From the IMG/VR virus record IMGVR_UViG_3300042315_000659: DNA of 64,000 nt; one strand, given 5' to 3'. The notes beneath the pieces are model-generated. The model ran no database searches and was not told the origin of the DNA. It saw only the letters and a program-made list of their open reading frames with translations. The translations under genes were made by a program, and so were the position numbers. Below are positions 1-9,547 of this stretch, one piece after another. Origin of the DNA: an uncultured virus (IMG/VR IMGVR_UViG_3300042315_000659) (Duplodnaviria; Heunggongvirae; Uroviricota; Caudoviricetes). Each line of letters opens with the position of its first letter. The stretch's first letter is position 1.

Positions 1-657
1 TTTTACTTTTCTAGTTTCACCTTCTCTGTTTAGAATAGATACGGTCTGTTTGGTAAATGTGTTATCGATTACTTCTTGAAACTTATTTACGCATGGCATC
101 TCACCAAAAAGATTTAATTCTAATTGTTTAGTTCTGGGTTCAATTGCTTGAGTTTCGGTTATATTGACTTGAGTATCCTTAGATTTATTAATTGTCTTTT
201 CTGGTTTTCGATAAAACTCGTCTTTAAATGCTTGTTTCTTCTCGATCCATAGACAGTATTTTTCTGTTAATCCCCTTTTATCCATTTCTTGCTGGTATTG
301 ATCAACCCAATAAACTACCTGTAGAAGGAGATGGCGATCTCCCCATTGAATATCTTTTTGTGCCTTAAAGTCTTTTTGCATTGATTGGGCAGCCAAAGAA
401 TACTTCCATCCGTCAATAATTTTTTTGTCTGTCAGTTTAGGAGATAGCACGTTGCAGCAGTGTTTTTTAAGGGTAGAAACACTAACAGGGATTTTAACAG
501 TTATATTTTTTACTTTTATTTCTTTTTTGGGCTTTAACTGCTCAATAGCTGATTCTACTTTTAGAATTTCTATAACAATCTTAGCCTTGGCACGATTGCC
601 TTTTGTAATTTTAAGTTGAGATTTCAATCGAGCTAATTTAGTTTGTAAAGTGTTCAT
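1..657 (-). CDS. Hypothetical protein, partial (runs off window start); N-terminus paralogous to 761..1432
   Basis: Manual translation from ATG 657 (MNTLQTKLARLKSQLKITKGNRAKAKIVIEILKVES...) stays open to position 1; absent from the ORF track because it has no stop in the window. Confidence 0.8.
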   Translation of the reverse strand, partial: MNTLQTKLARLKSQLKITKGNRAKAKIVIEILKVESAIEQLKPKKEIKVKNITVKIPVSVSTLKKHCCNVLSPKLTDKKIIDGWKYSLAAQSMQKDFKAQKDIQWGDRHLLLQVVYWVDQYQQEMDKRGLTEKYCLWIEKKQAFKDEFYRKPEKTINKSKDTQVNITETQAIEPRTKQLELNLFGEMPCVNKFQEVIDNTFTKQTVSILNREGETRKVK

Positions 658-691
658 TGTTTTAATCCTTGTGTGTTTTGTTTACTCTTCT

Positions 692-734
692 ATATTAGAT
701 CATTCTCCCAACAAAGTCAAGTATATGGGAGAAT
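692..734 (-). promoter_or_regulatory. Sigma70-type promoter (TTGACT-17-TAATAT) overlapped by inverted-repeat operator ATTCTCCCA-N15-TGGGAGAAT
   Basis: Read directly; near-identical copies at 1466-1508 and 13167-13209, each upstream of a minus-strand ORF. Confidence 0.75.
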
Positions 735-760
735 TATTTTTGAACGTTTGTACTACTTTA

Positions 761-1432
761 TTACAATTTCTTGAATTTTTGAGTCGTGACTAAAAACTCA
801 ATTTTAGATATTCTATCGTTAATCAGTTTTAACTCATCTTTTATAAATTGTATTGTCTCCCGATCATAGGATTCTCCCGATGATTTTTTACCTGTTTTTA
901 ATGCCTTTTCAAAGATAGGACGTTCTTTTATGTCCTTGATATACCGTTTTTTCTGTGTTGTTAAAGTATCTCTTTCTTTTGATGCGTTAACAGCATCTTT
1001 AGCATTCCGGAATAGTCTATCGTCAAACTGTTGACGCTTACTGTCTGATTGATTTCTAATACCACCAGTGTCAGCGGCAGGGCTAGAGTTTAAGATATTG
1101 TTGTGATTTTGAGATGTAATTCCGTTTATATCGTTATTTAATTTTTCAATCTTACAGTCAAGGGCGTTGATTGTATTAACGACTCGTTCTTTTGTAGATT
1201 CTGGAATTGATAACTTTTGTAACCATTCTGGTTGAGGTAATGTTACTACTTCATCTTTAAAAGATTGCATATTTTTAATCGTTGAGGACAAAAACTCAAT
1301 ATTTGATTCAATTTCTAATATATTTAAAACGATTTTAGCTTTATTCCGATTACCTTTAGTAACTGCTAGTTGAGCAGTTAATCTAGCTAGGCTAGTCTGG
1401 TATTTGTTTAGTTTAGATTGTTGAGTGTTCAT
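761..1432 (-). CDS. Hypothetical coiled-coil protein
   Basis: 223-aa ORF; first ~50 aa similar to ORF 1..657. Confidence 0.75.
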   Translation of the reverse strand: MNTQQSKLNKYQTSLARLTAQLAVTKGNRNKAKIVLNILEIESNIEFLSSTIKNMQSFKDEVVTLPQPEWLQKLSIPESTKERVVNTINALDCKIEKLNNDINGITSQNHNNILNSSPAADTGGIRNQSDSKRQQFDDRLFRNAKDAVNASKERDTLTTQKKRYIKDIKERPIFEKALKTGKKSSGESYDRETIQFIKDELKLINDRISKIEFLVTTQKFKKL

Positions 1433-1465
1433 TGTTTTAATCCTTGTGTGTTTTGGTTACTTTTT

Positions 1466-1508
1466 ATTGTGGATCATTCTCCCAATAAAGTCAATAGATT
1501 GGGAGAAT
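1466..1508 (-). promoter_or_regulatory. Second copy of promoter/operator (TTGACT-17-CACAAT)
   Basis: Same inverted repeat and spacing as 692-734. Confidence 0.7.
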
Positions 1509-1549
1509 CTTTTCTGAGCAGATGTACTAAGTATATTTACCTGTTACCA

Positions 1550-1985
1550 TTGTAGATAGATTGTAGATAGGGTGATCGACAACCGAAACCGTTACCCTGT
1601 AAAGGTTCTAGACTTTGTAGATAATGTCGATGTCTTATAAAGGAAAAAGATAAAAGAATAAACCAGACTGGACAATAAAAAATTGTAGAGTAAAAAAGCA
1701 AACAAGGTCAACAGCAAGGCTGTTGGATTGTGATTCGATTGTAGATAAGGTTATCTACAATCGAAAGCCTTGCAGGGTATAGGTTTCAAAGTTTGTTTAT
1801 CTTGTTGGCACTTTATGCAGGGGAGAGAAAAAATAGGGAGAGATAAACGAACTGGACAATAAGAGAAGGATAAAAAATCTTGACACAGGGAAATAGAGTA
1901 ACAATACTAACAAAGTCTGAAACCTATATATATCAATGCTTTTTATTGTTGATCACCTTATCTACAATCTATTTACAAACCAACA
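1550..1985. repeat. Dispersed ~100-bp palindromic repeat family, locus A (3 units)
   Basis: Units with TTGTAGATA..TATCTACAA and GAAAxCC..GGTTTC palindromes; homologous to 15985-16655 and 56665-56905. Confidence 0.75.
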
Positions 1986-1992
1986 AACTATA

Positions 1993-2018
1993 AACCCCCT
2001 ATGGACTCATAGGGGGTT
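1993..2018 (-). terminator. Hairpin terminator downstream of ORF 2038..2742
   Basis: AACCCCCTATG-GACT-CATAGGGGGTT inverted repeat. Confidence 0.6.
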
Positions 2019-2037
2019 TATATGGGTTTAGGTATTT

Positions 2038-2742
2038 TTACCGTTTTTTATCGTTTCTCATGAGCATTCGACCGCCTCGCCATCCCCGTGCTTTTTCTCG
2101 TTCGGTTTCGAGTAGGTTGAATTTAGCTATATCGCGCTCTTTTTCAGCGTGTAATTCTTCGATCACTAGCCGCTTATAGTCAAGCATCGAGTTTTTACTG
2201 CTAAAGTCAGCGATCATAGTCTTTTGAGTTTTGATCAACTCCTCTAGTATTTGCTTCTCTTCGCTTAGTTTGACGATTTGGCTCTCAAGTTGCCTTACCT
2301 CTGTAATTGCCTCGCTCTTGACGCGAAAACCAGCTAATGTGTGAAGGAATAATCGGACTCCTAGCTTAAGCACTTGAGAGGCTAACTCAGGATTATCCTT
2401 TGGCAACCACTTACAGATTAGGTCTTCTGGGATTAGATAAACCCCTTGCAACCCGCCCTCTGTTTGAATTTGAGCCTGTTTTAGCAATCCTAATCCTAAC
2501 CCCATTGTGTTACCCCCTTGTAACCTGCTCCCTGTTTGAATTTGAGGGCGATTTGGAGATTCAGAAGTTACCCCCTTGCTATCTTCTTTAGATAGCCGGT
2601 TTAACCGCATAGTGATAGCGTTGGAGCTTTTCCCAGACATACGAGCATATCCTTTGATTGAGGCAAAGCTTTCACCGGTCTGAGTGTCGATAATTAGCTC
2701 GATGCCGTCGTGATCAAAACGTTGTAAAATTAGATCAGCCAT
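2038..2742 (-). CDS. Phage antirepressor/KilA-N-like DNA-binding protein with C-terminal coiled coil; paralog of 15272..15796
   Basis: QRFDHDGIELIIDTQTGESFASIKGYARMSGK shared with 15272..15796; family assignment is inference. Confidence 0.55.
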   Translation of the reverse strand: MADLILQRFDHDGIELIIDTQTGESFASIKGYARMSGKSSNAITMRLNRLSKEDSKGVTSESPNRPQIQTGSRLQGGNTMGLGLGLLKQAQIQTEGGLQGVYLIPEDLICKWLPKDNPELASQVLKLGVRLFLHTLAGFRVKSEAITEVRQLESQIVKLSEEKQILEELIKTQKTMIADFSSKNSMLDYKRLVIEELHAEKERDIAKFNLLETEREKARGWRGGRMLMRNDKKR

Positions 2743-2986
2743 GTTAGCCTCTACAGTAGGTTGACTTAGTTAGTCCCTCGCGTCAACGAGGGCATATTAA
2801 TATTGTACTACATTAAATAATCAATTATTCCCCAATATAGAATTTTCTATATTGGGGAATCTGGACACAGAAAAAACGAGAATCGGGAAACCTATTAACA
2901 GTAGCAACAAACTAATAAAACGTATATATATCAATACTTTTCACTGTTAATACACTGTTAACAGATTGTTAGCAGTGTATTAACTA

Positions 2987-3014
2987 AAAACCCGTCAATT
3001 AATTGACGGGTTTT
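2987..3014. terminator. Perfect 28-bp palindrome, probable bidirectional terminator
   Basis: AAAACCCGTCAATTAATTGACGGGTTTT immediately after the stop of ORF 3017..3286. Confidence 0.6.
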
Positions 3015-3016
3015 GA

Positions 3017-3286
3017 TTAATTAAATTTTTTGTACTCTTGTAGTATTATTTGGGTTGCCTCCTCAATTTGGGTTCCTTTTGATAGCAGTTCAAGGACTTT
3101 AGCCAGAACTTGTCTGACTCGTTCTTTACCTATTCCTAATTCTGCTGTAGTTGATGCCACTCTAAAGCGATAGTTCCGATGACGGGAAGTTACAGGCACT
3201 GGGTCAAGATTATTGTTTTTTGCCCACACTAGATAGATGTAGGCTTGTCTAGAAGTTATCACTTTTGTTTTTTTAGTCTTAATCAA
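3017..3286 (-). CDS. Small HTH-like protein
   Basis: TAELGIGKERVRQV resembles a sigma region 4 type HTH. Confidence 0.5.
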   Translation of the reverse strand: MIKTKKTKVITSRQAYIYLVWAKNNNLDPVPVTSRHRNYRFRVASTTAELGIGKERVRQVLAKVLELLSKGTQIEEATQIILQEYKKFN

Positions 3287-3637
3287 GATCGAGTAATAAA
3301 GCTTTCATTTTTTCAAATTTTCCTCTACTTAAGCTTCGGGGTATCCCTAATAGGGATTATTAGATAAAGCGCACGCAACTACGATTATAGTTCATAGTTT
3401 CAATTCCTATTAGGAGTTCTTTGTGCAACTACCTTAAGTAAATCACTTAATTCTTGAAAATAGGTGTTTTGCTGTGCCACTTTAGGCACTGACACGCTGA
3501 GAAAAACGATAGCATACCTCTTGATAGGTGTTGTCCGAGTGTGACAGTTTATCAGGTGTCACAATGCTTGGGGACATCTAAAGCAGTTATTCCAGTGATT
3601 TACTGTCACTGGAATAACTAAGAATCTATTTAAAGTA

Positions 3638-3825
3638 ATAAGCACTAGACCAAGTGCGTGCGTCAGCCGACTACTATTCCAAGTCGGTTACTGGACTTAC
3701 ACTAGCAAGCTTAAAACGACTCATTAACCAGTCTCACCAGCCGACTACTATTTCAAGTCGGTTACTGATCCGCCCAGTAGCTTATGGAGGCTCTAATTAA
3801 TGGATGCACTCGGTTTAGTGCTTAT
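3638..3825. ncRNA. Candidate structured ncRNA / two-repeat mini-array
   Basis: 22-bp closing stem (3638-3659 with 3804-3825) enclosing two 30-nt hairpin repeats (3664-3693, 3738-3767; 29/30 identical). Confidence 0.5.
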
Positions 3826-3885
3826 ATTTTAAATATATCATGATAATTTTCAGATAGTTGGCAAAGCGTGACAGTTTATCAAGTG

Positions 3886-4959
3886 TCACTGTGTGTATTT
3901 TTGTACTGATTGTTCTGTAAACCACTGTAAATAAATCTGATGCGCTATCTGTGCAGTCATTACAGGAGGAACTGACATACCAATTAAATACTTTGGATCG
4001 ATATTTTTAAAGTTGTAATCGAGTGGATAGCTACCAATTAGGCAAGTTGCTTTATTTGATATATAATTATTTAAGTTACTGTGTATTAGTTTATTTTTGT
4101 TTGCTATTACTGTTAAAGGCGTTTGATTTTCTAAGCAAACAAAAGTAAATCCAATACCGCCGATTTTGCCATTTAAACTTTTTTTATGTGTTTGTAACGC
4201 ACCTGTTGATGTTATAGGGTTTTTTAAAAGTTTTTTTATATAATTACATTTAATTGCTTCTCCAATTTCATTTGTTCCAAATTCACCAAACAAAATTGGC
4301 TCTTCATTAAAACTTAACTCTAGATTTTTAAAGTTTAAATCATTCCTTTGGCAAATAAAAAATACTCGCTCACGTTTTTGAGGCACTCCCATGCTCGCAG
4401 CATTCAAAAGAAATAACTGTACTTTATATCCTGCTTTTTTAAATTCATCTTTTATTCGCTTTACATACGCTTTGGCATTACCTTGAATAATTCCTTTAAC
4501 ATTTTCAGCGATAACGACCTTTGGCTGTAGTTTTTTTGCTAATCGTATGTAATCAAAGAAAAGGTCATCAAGTCGCTGTTTAGCCTGACCTTCCCTAAAT
4601 ACTTTTTCTTTCCCCCAGTCTTTTTCTCTATTTCCTGCCATGCTAAATGAAGAGCAGGGAGGTGAGCCGTCTAAAATATCTAGGTTGTAAAGTTCATCGG
4701 GAAGAGTTGCACGATCAGCAAAATCTCTTATATCTTCAATAAATAAATATTTAGGATTGTGGTTAGCTTTATATATATTAGCTACTTGCGGGTCTATTTC
4801 AACACCTCCTAAATGGTCAAAACCTGCTAACTTGTAACCCATAGTCGAACCACCGCCACAGATAAAAGTACCAAATACTTTTAACCCATGTTTTTCAATT
4901 CCGGGTGCTGGGTATCCATCTGACAAATTCCACTTATATGCAAATTTATGTTTAGTCAT
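3886..4959 (-). CDS. DNA cytosine-C5 methyltransferase
   Basis: Motifs FICGGG, GSPPC, ENV, QKRERVF. Confidence 0.92.
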   Translation of the reverse strand: MTKHKFAYKWNLSDGYPAPGIEKHGLKVFGTFICGGGSTMGYKLAGFDHLGGVEIDPQVANIYKANHNPKYLFIEDIRDFADRATLPDELYNLDILDGSPPCSSFSMAGNREKDWGKEKVFREGQAKQRLDDLFFDYIRLAKKLQPKVVIAENVKGIIQGNAKAYVKRIKDEFKKAGYKVQLFLLNAASMGVPQKRERVFFICQRNDLNFKNLELSFNEEPILFGEFGTNEIGEAIKCNYIKKLLKNPITSTGALQTHKKSLNGKIGGIGFTFVCLENQTPLTVIANKNKLIHSNLNNYISNKATCLIGSYPLDYNFKNIDPKYLIGMSVPPVMTAQIAHQIYLQWFTEQSVQKYTQ

Positions 4960-5656
4960 TACCTAAAAGCTTCCATACTGCTTGTTCGGGTGTCGATGCT
5001 ATTTTACTTAATTGTTCTTTTACTTGCCAGTATTCATTTTCTGTATAACTTAATTTAATTATCATTTGCCCATCCATACCCTCAATGTCAATTTCTTTGT
5101 TTTTTCCCGAAAAATTATCTGTTATATTCGATTCAAAATTATCAGAATTATCTAAATTATCTGAAGTATTTAAAGCTTCTAGGATTGAATTTAAATCGCC
5201 GATTACTCCTAAATTTTCCCCCTCTTCATCAAGGTATTCAGCTTGGCTAATTAGTAAGTCAGTATCAAAAAGCTTTAATTCCGTAGCAAGGTCAAGCCCC
5301 GCCCCGTGAATCGTAGAATGGTTGTGAATAATCGAGTATTTTATAGCTTGAGCCTCATTTTTAGCGTGAACTCCTACTAAAATAGGAACCATCCACTCCC
5401 CATCGTTGTCAATATCTATACCTCTAGGTCGATCTATTTTGCGCTTTTTAATTGCTAATAGTGCGGCACACCGATCATGACCCTCAGTAATCCCCCCTTT
5501 TCCGCCGTTTAAGCTCGGATCGTAGCCAATTGGGTCTTTAAATCCCAGATCCAATATTGAAGCTATTGTGTTTTCAGTGGCGTGTTTTTTGGAATTACCC
5601 TTTAGTTGTTTTAGGTCGCAAAGCCGTCGATACTCAATTTCTAATTTATCTGTCAT
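4952..5656 (-). CDS. ParB/Srx-like N-terminal domain protein
   Basis: LKGNSKKH, GFKDPI, EGHDRCAAL motifs; typical neighbour of methylase and terminase; start reassigned to ATG 5656. Confidence 0.65.
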   Translation of the reverse strand: MTDKLEIEYRRLCDLKQLKGNSKKHATENTIASILDLGFKDPIGYDPSLNGGKGGITEGHDRCAALLAIKKRKIDRPRGIDIDNDGEWMVPILVGVHAKNEAQAIKYSIIHNHSTIHGAGLDLATELKLFDTDLLISQAEYLDEEGENLGVIGDLNSILEALNTSDNLDNSDNFESNITDNFSGKNKEIDIEGMDGQMIIKLSYTENEYWQVKEQLSKIASTPEQAVWKLLGND

Positions 5657-5697
5657 GATTGATGTAAGATTAAGTAACTCTACTACTATAATAACCA

Positions 5698-6462
5698 ATG
5701 GTTGTCACTAATCGAGGCAGAAAGCGTACATACTCTATTCATGAAGAGGTAATCGAGTTTACCAAATATCCTATCTGGGAACGGCAAGAACTAGAAACCC
5801 CTGACTGGTTTGAAAGATTTCAGATTTTTTACCTTCCTATTCCTTCAGGCTATCGCACTTTAAATCGAGCCTACGGTAACTGCGGGGAAGCTTCTGGGGA
5901 ACAGATAGAGAAGACTAAATTTAAACGAGCTAAAACTGTCCCCGATGACTGGCAGTTAGCGCATAAAAACTATCGATGGGAAGAGCGGGCGAAAGCCTAT
6001 TGGCTTTTAAAGATTCAAGAGCAGCAAGCTTACACTGATAGCATTTTACGAGAAATCCGAGAGAAGACTCTAAAGATTACTCTAAAAAACCTCGAAAAGA
6101 TTGAACAGATGACTAATTATCCGATTTCTCGCCGTCGGATAGATTCTGTAGATGAATCGGGCCGGCCGATTGCCATAACAATTGAACCTAACGGAAATTG
6201 GAATCATAGAGACGCAGTGACTATGGCTAAAACGTTGACTGATACCTTTGAAAAAGTTTTAGGTTTTGACACCATCGAGTACGCAATTAATATTGTTCAA
6301 AAGCACGGATTAGCTGTTATTGACCCTGACGGAAAACTTATAGGACATTCTGGCATAGAGAAACTCGACGACGGACTGACCTCGATTATTCGTGATAGTG
6401 CAGAATTTGATGATGATGTAATGGTTCCCACTAGGATAAGCGATGACGATGAAAGCGAGTAA
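5698..6462 (+). CDS. Terminase small subunit (putative)
   Basis: Overlaps the start of terL; WERQELET..F..F and W..RAKAY pattern. Confidence 0.65.
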   Translation: MVVTNRGRKRTYSIHEEVIEFTKYPIWERQELETPDWFERFQIFYLPIPSGYRTLNRAYGNCGEASGEQIEKTKFKRAKTVPDDWQLAHKNYRWEERAKAYWLLKIQEQQAYTDSILREIREKTLKITLKNLEKIEQMTNYPISRRRIDSVDESGRPIAITIEPNGNWNHRDAVTMAKTLTDTFEKVLGFDTIEYAINIVQKHGLAVIDPDGKLIGHSGIEKLDDGLTSIIRDSAEFDDDVMVPTRISDDDESE

Positions 6463-9334
6463 ATTATCATTAAAAAATCTCTCAAAGATAAAAACAGCGA
6501 CCGAAAAATATCGACTTGTTAACACCAAAGAAGAAATTGTTTTTCCTCAATTACAAGAGGGAAAACAAGCTTTATTTGGGGAAATTGACGCTGATGTAAT
6601 CTTCTATGGCGGAGGCGCAGGAAGTGGAAAAGCAGGGCGTGCATCCAAGACAGGAAAAGCGATTCGAGATAAAATGCTTTCTATGGCGGATGCGCTTTTA
6701 GGAAAAAGACTATTATCATATAATAGTAGTTTTAATGAATCACAAATGAAAGATTCAAAGGTCTTGGGATGGAGCGGTCAATGGATCGACTTCTCTGATC
6801 TTAAAGTCGGGGATAAGATTATGAATCCTGATGGTCAGTATCAAGAAATCATCCAAATTCACGAACAGGGATTCAAGCAATTTTATCGGGTTTCTTTTGA
6901 AGACAGTACAAGTACAGAATGCTGTGGCGATCATTTATGGTCTTTTTGGGAATCTCGCCGTAATAGCCGCAGGAAGTCTAGTAACGGGATTAATCGAATT
7001 GAGGAGAATCTGACACCTAGAGGATGGAATACTAATTACATTACAAGAGCAAGGGTTAGGGATACTAATTGGTTGATTACTGAGATTAGCAAAGGAAGAC
7101 GGTTTATTGTTCCAGTTAACGCGCCATTGCAATTTACGGCACTTAACAGGTCTGATACTGGCAGAGCCTATTTTTACGGTTGTTTAATAGGCGATGGTTC
7201 TTATTGTAGTGATTCAATTATCGTAACAACTTCTGATAGATTTATTGCTGATAAACTCGTTGATATTTTAGGGAAAGAAGCTACCGTTAAAACACGAACA
7301 CCAATAAAAGATAACCGTTTAGAAGTTTTATCCGTCAACGCGACAAAAGTTCAATGGGTTAAGTCTTGGATAAGCAACAATGAATATAAAGGAAAAAGAG
7401 CGTGGGAAAAAGTATTTCCCGACGGCTATTTATCAGCATCTCTTGATTTTCGTTATGCGTTTGCTCAAGGTCTTTTTGATACAGATGGAACTGTTGGAGA
7501 CAAAAAAAGAGAAGTTTCCTATTGCACAACCAGTAAAGATTTGGCTATTCAGGTAGCTTCTTTGGTTCGTTCTTTGGGTTATATGGCTAAGATTACGAAA
7601 AGACAACCAAAATATAGATACAAAGGGAAGCATTTAGATGGTCGTACAGCTTACGTCGTGGCTGTTGAGGGAAATCACCTTGAATTACTTTTTAGTTTGC
7701 CGCGTAAAGTTGAACGAGCGAAAATGCTTGGACAATTTAATAGGGGATCAAGTTGGCCGGGTAAAAGAATTGTTTCTATTGAACCAACTGAAATTGATTA
7801 CGCTCGTTGTATTACTGTTAGCAATCCAAATCATCTTTATTTAACAGATGATTATATAGTTACGCATAATAGTGCCGGGCTATTAATTGATTTTGCCCGT
7901 CAAGAATTTATTAGCAATCCTGACTATCGGGCTGTTATATTTCGTCGGACGTATCCTGAATTTACTCAAGCAGGTGGACTAATAGATGAAAGCCAAAAAA
8001 TCTATCAAGCAGTGAAAGGTAATTTTATTGAAAAGCCTCCAGGGTGGCGATTTCCATTTGGATCGAAAATATCTTTTAGACATTTACAATACGAAAAAAC
8101 TGTCTATGTTTATCAAGGGGGACAAATTGCAAGGATAGGTTTTGATGAATTAACCCATTTTACAGAAGAACAATTTTTCTATCTTCTCTCTAGAAACCGT
8201 TCGGTATCAGGCATTAAACCCGCAGTTAGAGCAACCTGTAACCCTGACGCTGACTCTTGGGTAGCTAGTTTTATCTCTTGGTGGATCGACCCTAAGACTG
8301 GGTATGCTATTGAAGAAAGAGGGGGAATAGTTAAATATTTTGTTAGACGAGAAAACATAATCCACTGGGCTGATACTAAAGAAGAACTAATCGATAAATT
8401 TAGTCTTAAAGATGAACTTTTTGACCTTATTCCTAAAGATAAAAGAGAAAAGTTTTTATCAAATATAGATACTAATATTACACCAGATAGACTGATTAAG
8501 AGTTTTACTTTTATTCCAGCTACGATTTTTGATAATCCAGCTTTAATTAGGGTTAACCCTACCTATTTGGCTAACCTTTACGCTTTACATCCTATTGAGC
8601 GGGAAAGACTTCTCAGGGGTAACTGGAAAGTTAAATATGAAGCTGGTACGGTATTTGATCGGACTTGGTTTGAGATTCTCGATAAAATACCTGACGATTG
8701 GAAGTTAATAGGTAAAGTAAGATTCTGGGATTTAGCGGCAACTGCTAAAGAGAATGCTGAGAACTATCATTGTTATACAAGTGGCACTCTTGTCTATAAA
8801 TACCAAAGAATTAAGAACACATTGCCAGATTCAACTGAGATTAAGGAATTTATTTATGTGATTGCCGATAATATCTGTGAGCAGAAAAAGGTCGGGGAAG
8901 TGGAATTAATGCTTAAAAATACTGCTGAATTGGATGGGAAAACTGTAGCTGTAAGATGGGAGCAGGAAGGGGGGTCGAGCGGTAAATTTGTTGAAAATAC
9001 CATTACTAATGTAATTAGAGAAAATCATCCAAATCATGACGTTAAAGCGATCGTACCTCAAGGGGATAAACTAACGCGGGCTTTACCAGTAGCCACGGCA
9101 GCTAGTCGGGGACAAATCTTTATCTTAAGAGATGGGACGTGGAACACTCGGTTTTTAAATGCCTGTCAGGGTTTTGATGGCAGTAAGAAAACACCTCCGA
9201 CTAATGACATTGTAGATAGCCTATCGGGAGCATTTTATTCCCTTGAAAATGAGTTTCAGGGACATGAAAAGGTTATTAGCACGATTATTACTTCTGCTCC
9301 TGTTAATCGGTTTAGGAGCGGTTTTAGGGGTTAG
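6443..9334 (+). CDS. terL: Terminase large subunit, intein-containing
   Basis: Walker A GGGAGSGK/S split by the intein; Walker B IGFDELTHF; ATCNP; nuclease WDLAAT and NDIVDSLSGA. Confidence 0.93.
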   Translation: MTMKASKLSLKNLSKIKTATEKYRLVNTKEEIVFPQLQEGKQALFGEIDADVIFYGGGAGSGKAGRASKTGKAIRDKMLSMADALLGKRLLSYNSSFNESQMKDSKVLGWSGQWIDFSDLKVGDKIMNPDGQYQEIIQIHEQGFKQFYRVSFEDSTSTECCGDHLWSFWESRRNSRRKSSNGINRIEENLTPRGWNTNYITRARVRDTNWLITEISKGRRFIVPVNAPLQFTALNRSDTGRAYFYGCLIGDGSYCSDSIIVTTSDRFIADKLVDILGKEATVKTRTPIKDNRLEVLSVNATKVQWVKSWISNNEYKGKRAWEKVFPDGYLSASLDFRYAFAQGLFDTDGTVGDKKREVSYCTTSKDLAIQVASLVRSLGYMAKITKRQPKYRYKGKHLDGRTAYVVAVEGNHLELLFSLPRKVERAKMLGQFNRGSSWPGKRIVSIEPTEIDYARCITVSNPNHLYLTDDYIVTHNSAGLLIDFARQEFISNPDYRAVIFRRTYPEFTQAGGLIDESQKIYQAVKGNFIEKPPGWRFPFGSKISFRHLQYEKTVYVYQGGQIARIGFDELTHFTEEQFFYLLSRNRSVSGIKPAVRATCNPDADSWVASFISWWIDPKTGYAIEERGGIVKYFVRRENIIHWADTKEELIDKFSLKDELFDLIPKDKREKFLSNIDTNITPDRLIKSFTFIPATIFDNPALIRVNPTYLANLYALHPIERERLLRGNWKVKYEAGTVFDRTWFEILDKIPDDWKLIGKVRFWDLAATAKENAENYHCYTSGTLVYKYQRIKNTLPDSTEIKEFIYVIADNICEQKKVGEVELMLKNTAELDGKTVAVRWEQEGGSSGKFVENTITNVIRENHPNHDVKAIVPQGDKLTRALPVATAASRGQIFILRDGTWNTRFLNACQGFDGSKKTPPTNDIVDSLSGAFYSLENEFQGHEKVISTIITSAPVNRFRSGFRG
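6632..7870 (+). mobile_element. Class 3 intein (413 aa) with LAGLIDADG homing endonuclease
   Basis: Begins with Ala after GSGK and ends IVTHN/S; WCT signature (DHLW, ARCITV, VTHN); LAGLIDADG motifs GCLIGDG and QGLFDTDG. Confidence 0.88.
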
Positions 9335-9341
9335 TAGTAGT

Positions 9342-9518
9342 TTATCCACATTCCCAAACGATACCAGAAGTATTAATGTTAATACGCTCTATTTCGATTG
9401 GATTGTCGTTATTGCCATCAAAATAGCTGCACCAATGCCAGATAGCCTCTGTTTCTGATTCTGATGCAATAAGAAGACCAAATGATGTAACTGAATCTCT
9501 AATTAAGTACAGATTCAT
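9342..9518 (-). CDS. Small hypothetical protein (58 aa)
   Basis: Manual translation MNLYLIRDSVTSFGLLIASESETEAIWHW...; GAGG RBS upstream. Confidence 0.5.
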   Translation of the reverse strand: MNLYLIRDSVTSFGLLIASESETEAIWHWCSYFDGNNDNPIEIERININTSGIVWECG

Positions 9519-9547
9519 AAATCCTCGTTAATAGTTGTAAAAATATT

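Noticed and set aside
2987..3014. Protelomerase (tel) site
   Set aside because: Short, flanked by A/T runs right after a stop codon; no protelomerase seen; a terminator is the simpler explanation
3664..3767. Second array for the TnpB-like nuclease
   Set aside because: Shares only short words (GTAAC, GACTTG, AGTAG) with the 36-nt repeat and lacks the TGCAAG end
3585..3825. Retron msr-msd or DGR template
   Set aside because: No reverse transcriptase in the window and no adenine-specific variant repeat pair found
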